A stretch of 64,000 nucleotides of DNA from an uncultured Bacillota bacterium (GTDB lineage Bacteria > Bacillota_I > Bacilli_A > RFN20 > CAG-826): assembly GCA_949293555.1 (NCBI GenBank), contig CASFDV010000002.1:279812-343811 (forward strand), given 5' to 3'. The notes under the pieces are model-generated. The model did no database searches, was not told where the DNA came from, and saw nothing but the letters and a program-made list of their open reading frames with translations. Position numbers and translations under genes: made by a program. Positions 47,119-56,470 of the stretch are shown here, in pieces. Position 1 is the stretch's first letter. Each line of letters begins with the position of its first letter.

Positions 47119-48222
47119 ATGGACAAGAAAGGGCTCCTGGGATTCGGGCTGATGCGCCTGCCGGAAAAGGAAGGGAGGATCGACATAGACGAGACCTCGA
47201 GGATGGTGGACCTCTTCCTTTCCTCCGGATTCACTTACTTCGACACCGCCTACGCCTATGGGGACGGGGCGAGCGAAATCGCCGCCAGGGATGCCCTTGT
47301 AAGGCGTTATCCCCGCAGTTCCTACACGCTTGCAACGAAACTTTGTTCCTTGGATACCCCGGAGAAGATGCGGGACGAGCTAAGGGTCTCCCTTGAGAGG
47401 ACCGAAGCGGGCTACATCGACTACTACCTTCTCCATGCCATCCGGCGGAACAACATCGAGCCTTTCGACAATGCCGGGATCTGGGATTTCGTGAAGGAGG
47501 CCAAGGAGAAGGGGCTGATCCGCCGCTATGGTTTCTCCTACCATGACGACCCTGGCTATCTCGACGAAATGCTTACCCTTCACCCCGACGTCGACTTCGT
47601 CCAGCTCCAGATCAACTACGCGGACTGGGAGAACCCGAGGGTCGAGAGCAGGGGCTGCTACGAGGTCGCCCGGCGCCACGGGAAGCCCGTCGTCATCATG
47701 GAGCCGGTCAAGGGAGGCACCCTCGCCAATCCGCCGGACGAGGCCAAGGAGCTCTTCCTCTCCTCCGACAAAGAGGCGTCCTTCCCCTCCTGGGCGCTCC
47801 GCTTCTGCGGCTCTCTCGAGGGGGTCCTCGCGATCCTCTCCGGCATGTCGAACATGGCGCAGATGGAAGACAACTGCCGCGTCATGAAGGACTTCCGTCC
47901 CTTGTCCTCGGAGGAACGGGCCGTGCTCCGGAAGGTCCAGGCCCTATACTCCAAAAGCAAGGAAATCCCTTGCACGGGGTGCCGATACTGCACCGGGGGA
48001 TGCCCGAAGGGAATCGACATCCCCGCGATTTTCCGCGCGCGGAACCTCGCCCTCGGGGAAGGGGCGATCCAGGAGGCGCTTCTTTCCTACCATAAGGCGA
48101 CGGAGGGGAGGGGCCTTGCCTCCAGCTGCATCCATTGCGGACAGTGCGAGAGAAAGTGCCCGCAGGGCCTCCCGATCATCTCGCTCCTCACGGAGTGCAT
48201 GGGATTCTTCGAGACGAAGTAG
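47119..48222 (+). CDS. Aldo/keto reductase with C-terminal Fe-S domain
   Basis: GFGLMRLP, YFDTAYAY, IDYYLLHA, MEPVKGG; CTGCRYC..CP and CIHCGQCE..CPQ. Confidence 0.9.
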   Translation: MDKKGLLGFGLMRLPEKEGRIDIDETSRMVDLFLSSGFTYFDTAYAYGDGASEIAARDALVRRYPRSSYTLATKLCSLDTPEKMRDELRVSLERTEAGYIDYYLLHAIRRNNIEPFDNAGIWDFVKEAKEKGLIRRYGFSYHDDPGYLDEMLTLHPDVDFVQLQINYADWENPRVESRGCYEVARRHGKPVVIMEPVKGGTLANPPDEAKELFLSSDKEASFPSWALRFCGSLEGVLAILSGMSNMAQMEDNCRVMKDFRPLSSEERAVLRKVQALYSKSKEIPCTGCRYCTGGCPKGIDIPAIFRARNLALGEGAIQEALLSYHKATEGRGLASSCIHCGQCERKCPQGLPIISLLTECMGFFETK

Positions 48223-48279
48223 GCACTACCCAACCTCTTCCCTTCGTGTAAAATACGCATCCGGACGAAAGTCCGGGCT

Positions 48280-48353
48280 AGGGGCTTGGTTCAATGGTAG
48301 AACAGAGGTCTCCAAAACCTTTGACGAGGGTTCGATTCCTTCAGCCCCTGCCA
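48280..48353 (+). tRNA. tRNA-Trp(CCA)
   Basis: Anticodon arm GAGGT-CTCCAAA-ACCTT; GCCA end. Confidence 0.93.
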
Positions 48354-48361
48354 TGAAGAAG

Positions 48362-48389
48362 GAAGGACCGGCGGGAAGCCGGTCCTTTT
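48362..48389 (+). terminator. Terminator after tRNA-Trp
   Basis: AAGGACCGGC-GGGAA-GCCGGTCCTT plus TT. Confidence 0.75.
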
Positions 48390-48517
48390 CTTCATCTTGG
48401 AGGGCTTCTTGCGGAATTCCTTGTGGAAACGCGTCGTGCCCGCCCTTTTCTTGGACGGGAGCGATGGACCCGGCGTTCCATATGGCGGCAGCCCTGACCA
48501 TCTTGTATTTTAAGAAC

Positions 48518-48910
48518 ATGAGGAATCTATTCAGAAGCAAGTTCAGCCCGATCGGGATGGTGCTCGACATCGCCGCGGCAGACGGGAAGAGACGCATCTT
48601 CTATGCGTTCCAGACCCTGGTCATGCTCGTCATCTCCCTTCTCTCCGCCTGGGGGCTGAGGGAGCTTTTCGCCCATACGCTGGAAGAGAACTTCCTTCTG
48701 TTCATCATCGGGGCTGCCTTATGCGTCATCGTCCTCGTCATCATCGCCCTTCCGGCGGTCATCGCCTCCCTCATGCTCTTCTTCACCACCCTCGTCTTTT
48801 CCTTCAAAGGAGAGGAGAAGGGGAAGAACTTCTTCGCCTTCCTCGTGGTCCTCGTCGCGATCGTCCTGGCGACCGTCTTCCTCTGCCTCATTTTCATGGG
48901 CGGCGTCTAG
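48518..48910 (+). CDS. Small hypothetical membrane protein (about three TMs)
   Basis: Start moved to ATG 48518; hydrophobic, host-like codons. Confidence 0.65.
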   Translation: MRNLFRSKFSPIGMVLDIAAADGKRRIFYAFQTLVMLVISLLSAWGLRELFAHTLEENFLLFIIGAALCVIVLVIIALPAVIASLMLFFTTLVFSFKGEEKGKNFFAFLVVLVAIVLATVFLCLIFMGGV

Positions 48911-48954
48911 TCCGGCTCCTCGACACGGCCTTTCTTTCCATGGAGTTCAAAAGG

Positions 48955-48981
48955 GGAAACGAATCCTCTAGGCATTTCGTA
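48955..48981 (+). promoter_or_regulatory. Putative ECF-sigma autoregulatory promoter
   Basis: GGAAAC-N17-CGTA, matching the AAC/CGT pattern of Firmicutes ECF promoters, 30 nt before the sigma gene. Confidence 0.55.
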
Positions 48982-49010
48982 TTAACTGAGGAAGGCGGAA
49001 ACTAGGAAGC

Positions 49011-49520
49011 ATGGATCTCGTCCGCGCGCTGAAGTCCGCCCTCCAACGGAAGGACGGGGAGAAGGCAGAAACGCTTTTCGCTCGCCTTTATGAGGAGAAC
49101 CGGGGGCTTGTGGTATACGTACTGACCCGCTACCTCAGGGCGAGGGAGGACGTGGAGGACCTCCTCAACGAAACCTTCCTTGACTTCTACCGCTCCCTTC
49201 CCTCGATCGACGGGAAGCCCGGCCCCTACCTTGCCGCGAGCGCCAGGAACAAGGCCATCAGCCTTTTGAGGAAGAGAAGCCGCGAGGTTCCCTTCCCTGA
49301 GGACTATGAGCCCTTCGTGCCAGACTTCGCGAAGGCAATCGCCTTCGAGGAATGGGCCAAGCGTGTCGTCGGGGAAGAGGATTACTCCATCATCTCGCTC
49401 CATCTTGGGGAAGGCATCGATTTCCCGGAGCTGGCGAGAAGGACGGGCAGGAAGGAAGCGGAGATAAAAAGCCGGTACTACCGTGCGCTCAGAAAACTGA
49501 GGGAAGGGGAAGGGAAATGA
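49011..49520 (+). CDS. ECF-type sigma-70 factor
   Basis: EDVEDLLNETFL, YL...ARNKAISLLRK (region 2); ELA...IKSRYYRALRKLR (region 4); 169 aa. Confidence 0.88.
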   Translation: MDLVRALKSALQRKDGEKAETLFARLYEENRGLVVYVLTRYLRAREDVEDLLNETFLDFYRSLPSIDGKPGPYLAASARNKAISLLRKRSREVPFPEDYEPFVPDFAKAIAFEEWAKRVVGEEDYSIISLHLGEGIDFPELARRTGRKEAEIKSRYYRALRKLREGEGK

Positions 49521-51808
49521 AGAAAGACGAAAGAAAATTCCTTGAGAAATATGAGGATTCCGCAGAGATTTCTCATTCTTTCGAAACTCTTAAGGAACAG
49601 ATGCAATGCCCTTCCTCGCCCCGAAAGAGGAAGTTTCGCTGGACTTACGCCGCATGTGCCGCGGCGTCCCTCGCCCTTGTCCTTGGGATCGCCATCCCCC
49701 TCGCCGTCCTTTCTCCGGAGAATCTTTCCGAACAGCCTGCCGCCAGCGATTCCCTGAAGGACGAGGGAACCCTCCTCGAGCTATGGGACGACGTGGAGAC
49801 GGTGAGGCTTGCCAACCCCAGGACGGTCCAGAGGACGTACGAACGGAACCTATCCTTCGTCGAGGGCGGCCTTTCCCTGTCGACCCAGAGCCCGACCGGG
49901 AAGACGAAGGTCCTCTCCGGGGATGCGATCCAGGTCGACGCGAGCGCCTTCCGGGAAGGGGAGCCCGGGGACTACCCCATCCATGTCTCTTCAGAGGAGG
50001 GAAGCCTCACCTTCGACGTGGAGGTCATCGAAAGCGAGGTCGTCTCCCTCGAGGCAAGCTTCCGGAAAGGGGCCTACTATGATGGGGAGATCCCGCTTTC
50101 CTCTGACTTCCTCGTCGAGAAAGTGCGGGATGACGGGACGAAGGCGCGCGCGACGGACTCCGAGATCGGCCTTGAATACGGTGCGATCGACTCCTCCCTT
50201 GGAAAGGCTTCGATCAGCGTCTATTTGAAGACGAACCCGTCCATCAGCGTCCCCATGGAAGTGGGAGTGCGTCCCTTGGAGGAGATCGACCTTGCGGGGG
50301 AGTACGCCTATATCGACGACTACTGCGCGTTCGGCCAGCCTGCCGTCGAGGCTTTCTCGATCAGGGAAGGCTATTTCCGCCCGATCTACACGGAATTCGT
50401 ATGCGAGGGGGAGATGTCCCTTTCCGTCGAGGATGGAAAGGTCCGGATGAAGCTTCCAGGCTATAACCAGGGCGGGACCTACGAACCATACACCAGGACC
50501 TTCTGGATCGACGGGATCGCCGGGGATCCCCCCTTCGCCTGCTTCCTCCGCCCCGAAGGGACCGTCGAGGTGGATATGGCCTTCGTCCTCGACGAAGGGA
50601 GAGAAGAGACCTTCCTTGCCCTTGGCGGCTACCTCACCCCGGGGACCCTCGACTACATCAAGTACCTGGAAGGGGACTGCTACCTAGACGAGGCGCACGC
50701 CATCCCGGTCGACGAGGACACCTTGTTCACGGAAAGGACGAGGATCTACTGCCACGCGGAGGACCAGGATGAGTACGATGCGGTCCTCGATGGCATCTGG
50801 GTCGACGAAAGGGGATCCATCCCCACGGTCGGCTGGGTGTTCGAGGATGGCGGCATTTCGTGGGGGCTTGGCTCCTCGACCCACCCCATGAGCGTCGTCC
50901 GCGACGGGAACTCCCTCCTGGTTCGCTACGGCTCCTTCGAGGTCATCCTCTACGACATCGCGACCGACACGATCCTGACCTACCAGGACGAGGACCTCCT
51001 CACCGGCTCCTACCGCCGGATCGACCGCGAAAAGGAGGCCATCTTCACCCTGACCTACGGGATGAACGGGAGGGAGGACTATGTCCTGGAGAAAGGGTCC
51101 TCGCTCCCAACCGCCATCATCGAAAACAACGGCTCTTCCATCTCCTTCCTCGAGGTCGATGGCTACAGCGGGGAGCCCGTATGGGAGGACGTCTCCTTCT
51201 CCGGTTCCGTCGGCACGCGCTACCTGAGCGACTACTGGGGCCGCTACGGGGACCATAGGAACTACTGGCAGATCGTCTCGCCTCGCTCCCTGGACCTTGA
51301 GGTGCCCACGGACACCTGGAACGAATACGTCTTCTGCATCTTCGAGGACTACGAGCTCGTGGACTACGCCCCGGTGAGGTTCGACCGCTATGAGGACGGA
51401 GCGCTCCTCGGAGACCTTCTCTTCGCCTCAGGCAAGGAAGATGTCCTTCGTTTCGACGGGGGAAGCGTCTCCTTCCGCGGAGAAACACGCATGGAGGGAA
51501 GATATCCCTGGGAAAACCTCCTGATCCTCGGGAAATACGTCTCTGAGGACGGGAAGGAAATCGAGATTGACAAGTTTGCCCAGATCAGCGAAATCGCCCA
51601 TAGGGAGGACGGAAGCGAGCTTCATTCCGCAACCTACGTCGCCTGGCTCAAGGACTACGACGAGGAGACGGGGGATGGGACCATCCTCTATTCCTGGACG
51701 AGCCTCAACGGGGACGAGCACGAGCTCCGCGAATGCCCCGTGACGAGGGAAGAGGACACCCTGACGATCCTCTACGAAGGCGTGTCTTACTCCCGCTCCT
51801 TGGCCTAG
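49517..51808 (+). CDS. Putative anti-sigma factor with a large extracellular Ig-like region
   Basis: ATGA overlap with the sigma gene; short cytoplasmic N-terminus, RKRKFRW, one TM, then Big_3-like and other beta-rich acidic domains. Confidence 0.7.
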   Translation: MKKDERKFLEKYEDSAEISHSFETLKEQMQCPSSPRKRKFRWTYAACAAASLALVLGIAIPLAVLSPENLSEQPAASDSLKDEGTLLELWDDVETVRLANPRTVQRTYERNLSFVEGGLSLSTQSPTGKTKVLSGDAIQVDASAFREGEPGDYPIHVSSEEGSLTFDVEVIESEVVSLEASFRKGAYYDGEIPLSSDFLVEKVRDDGTKARATDSEIGLEYGAIDSSLGKASISVYLKTNPSISVPMEVGVRPLEEIDLAGEYAYIDDYCAFGQPAVEAFSIREGYFRPIYTEFVCEGEMSLSVEDGKVRMKLPGYNQGGTYEPYTRTFWIDGIAGDPPFACFLRPEGTVEVDMAFVLDEGREETFLALGGYLTPGTLDYIKYLEGDCYLDEAHAIPVDEDTLFTERTRIYCHAEDQDEYDAVLDGIWVDERGSIPTVGWVFEDGGISWGLGSSTHPMSVVRDGNSLLVRYGSFEVILYDIATDTILTYQDEDLLTGSYRRIDREKEAIFTLTYGMNGREDYVLEKGSSLPTAIIENNGSSISFLEVDGYSGEPVWEDVSFSGSVGTRYLSDYWGRYGDHRNYWQIVSPRSLDLEVPTDTWNEYVFCIFEDYELVDYAPVRFDRYEDGALLGDLLFASGKEDVLRFDGGSVSFRGETRMEGRYPWENLLILGKYVSEDGKEIEIDKFAQISEIAHREDGSELHSATYVAWLKDYDEETGDGTILYSWTSLNGDEHELRECPVTREEDTLTILYEGVSYSRSLA

Positions 51809-51825
51809 GCCTGGTTTCCATGTGA

Positions 51826-51860
51826 AGAAAGGGCTCCCTCGAGAGGAGGAAGCCCTTTTC
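51826..51860. terminator. Bidirectional terminator between convergent genes
   Basis: AAAGGGCT-CCCTC...GAGGA-AGCCCTTTT hairpin. Confidence 0.6.
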
Positions 51861-51877
51861 ATCTGCCTTCGGGGTCG

Positions 51878-54049
51878 CTAGATCCCGTAGGGACCGATGA
51901 TAGTGATGGAGGTGATGTCGGCCTCCGCGTCGTATTCGAGGAAGAGGCCGGCGCTCTCGTTGGACCACATCTCGATGTCCGCGTCGTAGGTCCAGCCGGC
52001 GGCAGTGAGCGCCTCGCCGTAGGTACCGGTGATGTCCCCGGGGGCGTAGATTCCGAACATGCCGTAGTAGTCGAGCATGCTTTCGTCGACGTAGCAGTAG
52101 CCATCGATCGCCGGAAGGGTAACCGTGTCCTCGATGTAGCAGTAGTAGAGGAGCGAGGCGACATAACTGGCGTCCCACTTGTAGAAGTAAGTCAGCGCGT
52201 CGCTGCAGATCGTCAGGGTCTCGCTTGCTGCGTCGTAGTAGAGGATGAGCACGATGTCGCTCACCTCGTCGGCAAGGCAGGCGTAGCCGCCAGTGAAGAG
52301 TCCTGCAAGGCCGGTGTCGACGAGCCCAGCCTCGACGAGGTCCTCGATATAGCCGTCGACCTCGTCCTGCGTGATCCCCATGACGGAGAGTACAGGGCTA
52401 TAGCCGTCGTTAGCGATCAGGTAGGCTGCATCCTCGCTTGCGATCACAGGCGCGGGGAGGTCGAGGGTCCCAGCGTCTGCGACGAGGATCTCGCTGAACC
52501 ACGCCTTCACCTCCGCCCCGAAGGTCTCGCCCGGCCATTCCGTGAGGAGCTCCGGCATTAGGTAGACGTTGATGAGGATGTCGTAGCTGGTGGTCGCCCC
52601 GATGACCGCGTAGACGGTTTCGGTCGGGTCGACGTAGCCGCCGAGCGCGGTGTTCTCCGTCCAGCCTTCCGCAAGGTAGATTTCCTGGACGTCCGTGTAC
52701 CAGCCGTAGTCGGAAGAGATGACGATCTGGATCATGCCGGGGTTCTCTTCCTGGTCGTCATAGACGCTGATGCCGGTGATTCCGATTTCGGTGAGGTCGG
52801 GGAGGACGACGTTCTCCGCCCCGAGGTTCGCCATATGGGTCTGGATCTCCTCGGTCGGCCAGGCTGCGGTTGGGACTTCGAAGCTCACCATGATCCCGTT
52901 CGTCGCGTCCGTGAGGATCATGACGATCGCCTCGGTCGGGTCGGTGCAGTTGATGTCGCCGTACTCGTCCGTCTCGGTGGTCCAGCCTGCTTCCTCAAGC
53001 GCCTCTGCCCAGGTGGCGGCGTCTCCGTCCGTCCAGACGTTCACCGAGAAGTAGCCGATCCAGATGAGCGAGGTATCGACCTCATAGGCGGCCTCCCCAG
53101 GGTAGCCAGGGATCTCGATCGGATCGATCCCGTAGAGGGAGGCGAGCGCCTCGTTGATCTCGTCCAGCGGGATGGTCGTGGGGAGGGGGAGGAGGATGTT
53201 GATCGCGACGGTCCCGTCCGTGGTGGTCCCAACAGCGATCACGACCTTCTTGTCCGCGTTCACGTAGCCGCCCTGGAGGGTGTCGAACGTCCAGCCGGCG
53301 TCGGTAAGGAGCTTCTCGATGTCCTCGACGGCGACCTCGTCATGGGGTCCGCTCCAAACGATCGCGAAGTAGTCCGTCGCGGTCCCGCTGTCCCAGTTCT
53401 CGCTGGGAAGGACGCTGAAGTCGGGGATGGCCGCCCCTTCGATTCCTTGCTGGGCGAGCCACGCGTCGAGCTCCGCCTGGGGATAGGCCGGGTTGTAGAC
53501 GACCTTGAGCACGTCGATGGAGACGAGGCCGGAGATTTCGTTATACGCCCAGTTCTCGTCGGTGCAGTAGAGGTCGTACTCGATGTGGAAGCCGTCCTGG
53601 TAGTCGTAGACGAGCCTCTCGCCCTGCCCGGAGGTTTCCGGGGTGTCCTCGACATAGCCTTCGGCGATGAGGATGTCGTAGTAGTCGAGGACGACCGCGT
53701 AGGGCGCCTCGGCCACCTCGATGCTGAAGAAGTTCTCGTAGTCGACGAACTCGTAGGCATAGGGGGAGAGGTCGATGAAGGGGATGCTTTCCCCTTCCCC
53801 GAGGTACTTCTCCTGGATGGCCTTCTCCTCGTCGGTCCAGTCTTTCACAGGCTCAGGGGGAGGAGTGGTGCTGCTCCCCGAATCGGTGGTTTCCTCGGGT
53901 TTCGAGGAGCTCTGGGATCCTTCGGTCCCGGCGACGGAGCTCGATTCCGTTCCCGTCGAATCGGAACCCGAGCCCTCGGTCGTCGTCGGGCCGCAGGCGG
54001 CCAGAGCGAGCGTCAGGGCCAAGAGGCCCAGAGGCAAGGCTTTCTTCAT
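51878..54049 (-). CDS. Acidic surface lipoprotein with six repeated modules (paralog 1)
   Basis: Lipobox LALAAC, Ser/Thr linker, repeated W(P/T)..E....P and L..AGW motifs; SD AAGGAG. Confidence 0.85.
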   Translation of the reverse strand: MKKALPLGLLALTLALAACGPTTTEGSGSDSTGTESSSVAGTEGSQSSSKPEETTDSGSSTTPPPEPVKDWTDEEKAIQEKYLGEGESIPFIDLSPYAYEFVDYENFFSIEVAEAPYAVVLDYYDILIAEGYVEDTPETSGQGERLVYDYQDGFHIEYDLYCTDENWAYNEISGLVSIDVLKVVYNPAYPQAELDAWLAQQGIEGAAIPDFSVLPSENWDSGTATDYFAIVWSGPHDEVAVEDIEKLLTDAGWTFDTLQGGYVNADKKVVIAVGTTTDGTVAINILLPLPTTIPLDEINEALASLYGIDPIEIPGYPGEAAYEVDTSLIWIGYFSVNVWTDGDAATWAEALEEAGWTTETDEYGDINCTDPTEAIVMILTDATNGIMVSFEVPTAAWPTEEIQTHMANLGAENVVLPDLTEIGITGISVYDDQEENPGMIQIVISSDYGWYTDVQEIYLAEGWTENTALGGYVDPTETVYAVIGATTSYDILINVYLMPELLTEWPGETFGAEVKAWFSEILVADAGTLDLPAPVIASEDAAYLIANDGYSPVLSVMGITQDEVDGYIEDLVEAGLVDTGLAGLFTGGYACLADEVSDIVLILYYDAASETLTICSDALTYFYKWDASYVASLLYYCYIEDTVTLPAIDGYCYVDESMLDYYGMFGIYAPGDITGTYGEALTAAGWTYDADIEMWSNESAGLFLEYDAEADITSITIIGPYGI

Positions 54050-54241
54050 GATGCGTTCTCCTTTCCTTGCTGGCGGATGCCCCTGGTTCCGCGATGGGGA
54101 TAGGAAACCGCAAGAAGGGAACTTGTCAAAAGAAATGTTCGGAATTCTGCTTGGAAATTTGAACTAACTGAAATGGACATGGGTTTTGCGGGGATAACGA
54201 AAAGGGCCGGCATTCCGGCCCTTGGTCGCTTCCCCGTTCGG

Positions 54242-56380
54242 CTAGACCGCCGGGGTGACGATGATGGTGGAAAGGCCGGTGCTTTCCTCGTAGACGACCC
54301 CGACCCGGGCGTCGCCCTTCAGGTAGAAGCCGCTCGGCGCGTCGTAGGTCCAGCCGTCCGCCTCAAGCGCCTCCTCGTAGCTTTCCTTGACGTCCCCGGC
54401 GACCATGAAGCTGAGCATCCCGTAGGAAGGGATGGGAAGGGTGAGGACATAGCCCTCGATCGCGGGGATCGAGGCGACCTCGCTGATGCCGAGCGCCTCA
54501 AGGCAAAGCGCGACGTACTCGCTGTCCCAGAGGTAGTTCGCCGAAAGGGCGTCGAACGAGAAGACAAGGGTACCCGTCTTGGCGTCGTAGGCGAGGAAGA
54601 AGGCGACGTCCATCCCCGCGTTCGCGTAGGCGGCGCTATAGCCGAGGACCGAGGCAAGGCCCATGTCCTCCCAGCCCGCATCCTCGAGAGCGAGGGCGTA
54701 GGCGGCGAACTCTTCCTCGCTCACCCCCTCCATCCGGAGATAGGGCCCGGTCTCGTCGAACCCTAGGTAGTAGCTCTCGACCCCGGAGAATTTCGGGACG
54801 GGAATGTCGAGCGCCTCGGCGTCCGCCCCGATGAGGGCGCCATAGTGCCCCTCGATCGCGGCAAGGAGCCCGTCCTTCGGGAAGGTGGCGGAAACCACGC
54901 CCGCGCGGAGGATGTTCACGATGTTGACGATGATCCCGGAGGGGTCCTGGACGGCGCCGACGACGGCGAGCACTTCGCCGCTCGGGTCGACGTAGCCGCC
55001 CTGCGCCTCGTCGAGGGTCCAGCCGTTCTCCTCGAGGATGGCGCCGATCTGGGCGCCGATGTAGCCGTAGTCGGAGGAAAGGATCTGGAGCTGGATGAGG
55101 CCGGGGTTCGCGGCCTGGTCGTTAAAGACGGCCATCTCGGCGATCCCGGCGGAGGTGAGGTCAGGGAAGCTTACCCCGGGGAAGCCGATGTCCTCCATGG
55201 CCTGGCCGATTTCATCCGTCGGCCAGACGAAGTGGTACTGGAAGAGGACGAGGATGATCCCGTCTTGCTCGGCGAGGATCATCTCGAGGTTGCCAAGAAT
55301 GGCGCTATAGATGCCTTCGCCGGCGGAACTCGTCGTCCAGCCCCGGCCCTCTAGCTCGTCGATCCACTGGGAGAGCGGGCCCTCCGCCCGGACGACGAGG
55401 CCGTAGATCCCATAGTCGCTATCCATGAGGCGGTAGTCGTAGGTCGCCTTCCCGGGGTATTCAGGGATATCGACCGGGTCGATCTGGAGCATGACCGTGA
55501 AATAGATGTCGAGCTGGTCCTGGGGGATCTCAGTCGGAAGAGGGTTTCCGATCTGGAGGAAGAGGTTGCCGAAGCTCTCCTCGATCCCGATGTAGCAAAG
55601 GGCGGTCCCGGTCGGGTCGAGGTAGCCGTTCTGGAGGGGATCGTAGGTCCAGCCCGCGTCCACGAAGATCTTCTCGAGGGCTTCCTTGTCGGCGACGTCC
55701 TCCGGGCCCTCCCAGCTCACCTGGACGATGCCTCCGACGTTGCGGAAGACGTAGTTCTGGCTCGGAAGGGAGGAGCAGTCGGGCACCATGACGTCGCCCA
55801 TGCCGTTGGCGTTCATCGCCATCGCGATCTCCGCGGAAGGCCACTCAGGGTCGTAGACGGTCGGGTAGACGTCGATGTGCAGGTCGCCCTGGATCGTCGT
55901 GAAGCTCCCGGCGGAGTTCACCATGTAAAGGTCGTAGCGCCATTCCTTGCCCTCCTGGTAGTCGAAGTAGCAAAGCTCGCCGAGCTGGAGCTCCGGGTAA
56001 TCCGGGTCCTCGACGAAGCCTTTCTCCTCGAGCAGGTCGGCGTAGTCGAGAAGAAGCCCGTATGTCACGTCTTCCACGACGTAGCCGAGGGCGCCCACCA
56101 TCTCATATGGCTGGAACTCGCCTTCCTTCCCGAAGTCCATCCACGGGATGGAGTAGCCTTCCCCGAGGTAGCTTTCCTGGAAGGAGGCCTGGGCTTCCGT
56201 CCAGCCTTCCGGGGCGGGAGGCTCGCTTTGGGATGAAGAGGTAGAGGAAGAGGTTCCTTCTCCCTGGGAGGAGGAGGTCCCTTCGCTGAGGGACGGGGAG
56301 GAACTCTCGTCGCCTCCCCCGCAGGATGCGAGGAGCAGGGTGGCGGAGAGGATCAGAAGCGGCAGCTTCATCTTGTTCAT
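54242..56380 (-). CDS. Acidic surface lipoprotein with six repeated modules (paralog 2)
   Basis: Lipobox LLASC, Ser-rich linker; collinear similarity to 51878-54049 (YLGEG.SIP, NPG.IQ..I.SSDYG, PAI.GY). Confidence 0.85.
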   Translation of the reverse strand: MNKMKLPLLILSATLLLASCGGGDESSSPSLSEGTSSSQGEGTSSSTSSSQSEPPAPEGWTEAQASFQESYLGEGYSIPWMDFGKEGEFQPYEMVGALGYVVEDVTYGLLLDYADLLEEKGFVEDPDYPELQLGELCYFDYQEGKEWRYDLYMVNSAGSFTTIQGDLHIDVYPTVYDPEWPSAEIAMAMNANGMGDVMVPDCSSLPSQNYVFRNVGGIVQVSWEGPEDVADKEALEKIFVDAGWTYDPLQNGYLDPTGTALCYIGIEESFGNLFLQIGNPLPTEIPQDQLDIYFTVMLQIDPVDIPEYPGKATYDYRLMDSDYGIYGLVVRAEGPLSQWIDELEGRGWTTSSAGEGIYSAILGNLEMILAEQDGIILVLFQYHFVWPTDEIGQAMEDIGFPGVSFPDLTSAGIAEMAVFNDQAANPGLIQLQILSSDYGYIGAQIGAILEENGWTLDEAQGGYVDPSGEVLAVVGAVQDPSGIIVNIVNILRAGVVSATFPKDGLLAAIEGHYGALIGADAEALDIPVPKFSGVESYYLGFDETGPYLRMEGVSEEEFAAYALALEDAGWEDMGLASVLGYSAAYANAGMDVAFFLAYDAKTGTLVFSFDALSANYLWDSEYVALCLEALGISEVASIPAIEGYVLTLPIPSYGMLSFMVAGDVKESYEEALEADGWTYDAPSGFYLKGDARVGVVYEESTGLSTIIVTPAV

Positions 56381-56470
56381 CGAATGACTCCTTGATGATT
56401 GGGGCTTACGCGCGTAGGCGCATAAGCCTCGCTATATTCCCCTTCCCTCCGGAAAGGTCAAGAGAAATCT

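Noticed and set aside
48280..48353. UGA=Trp recoding as in mycoplasmas
   Set aside because: TGA terminates cdsA, dxr, rseP, glmS and pyrG at expected lengths, and the Trp tRNA anticodon is CCA.
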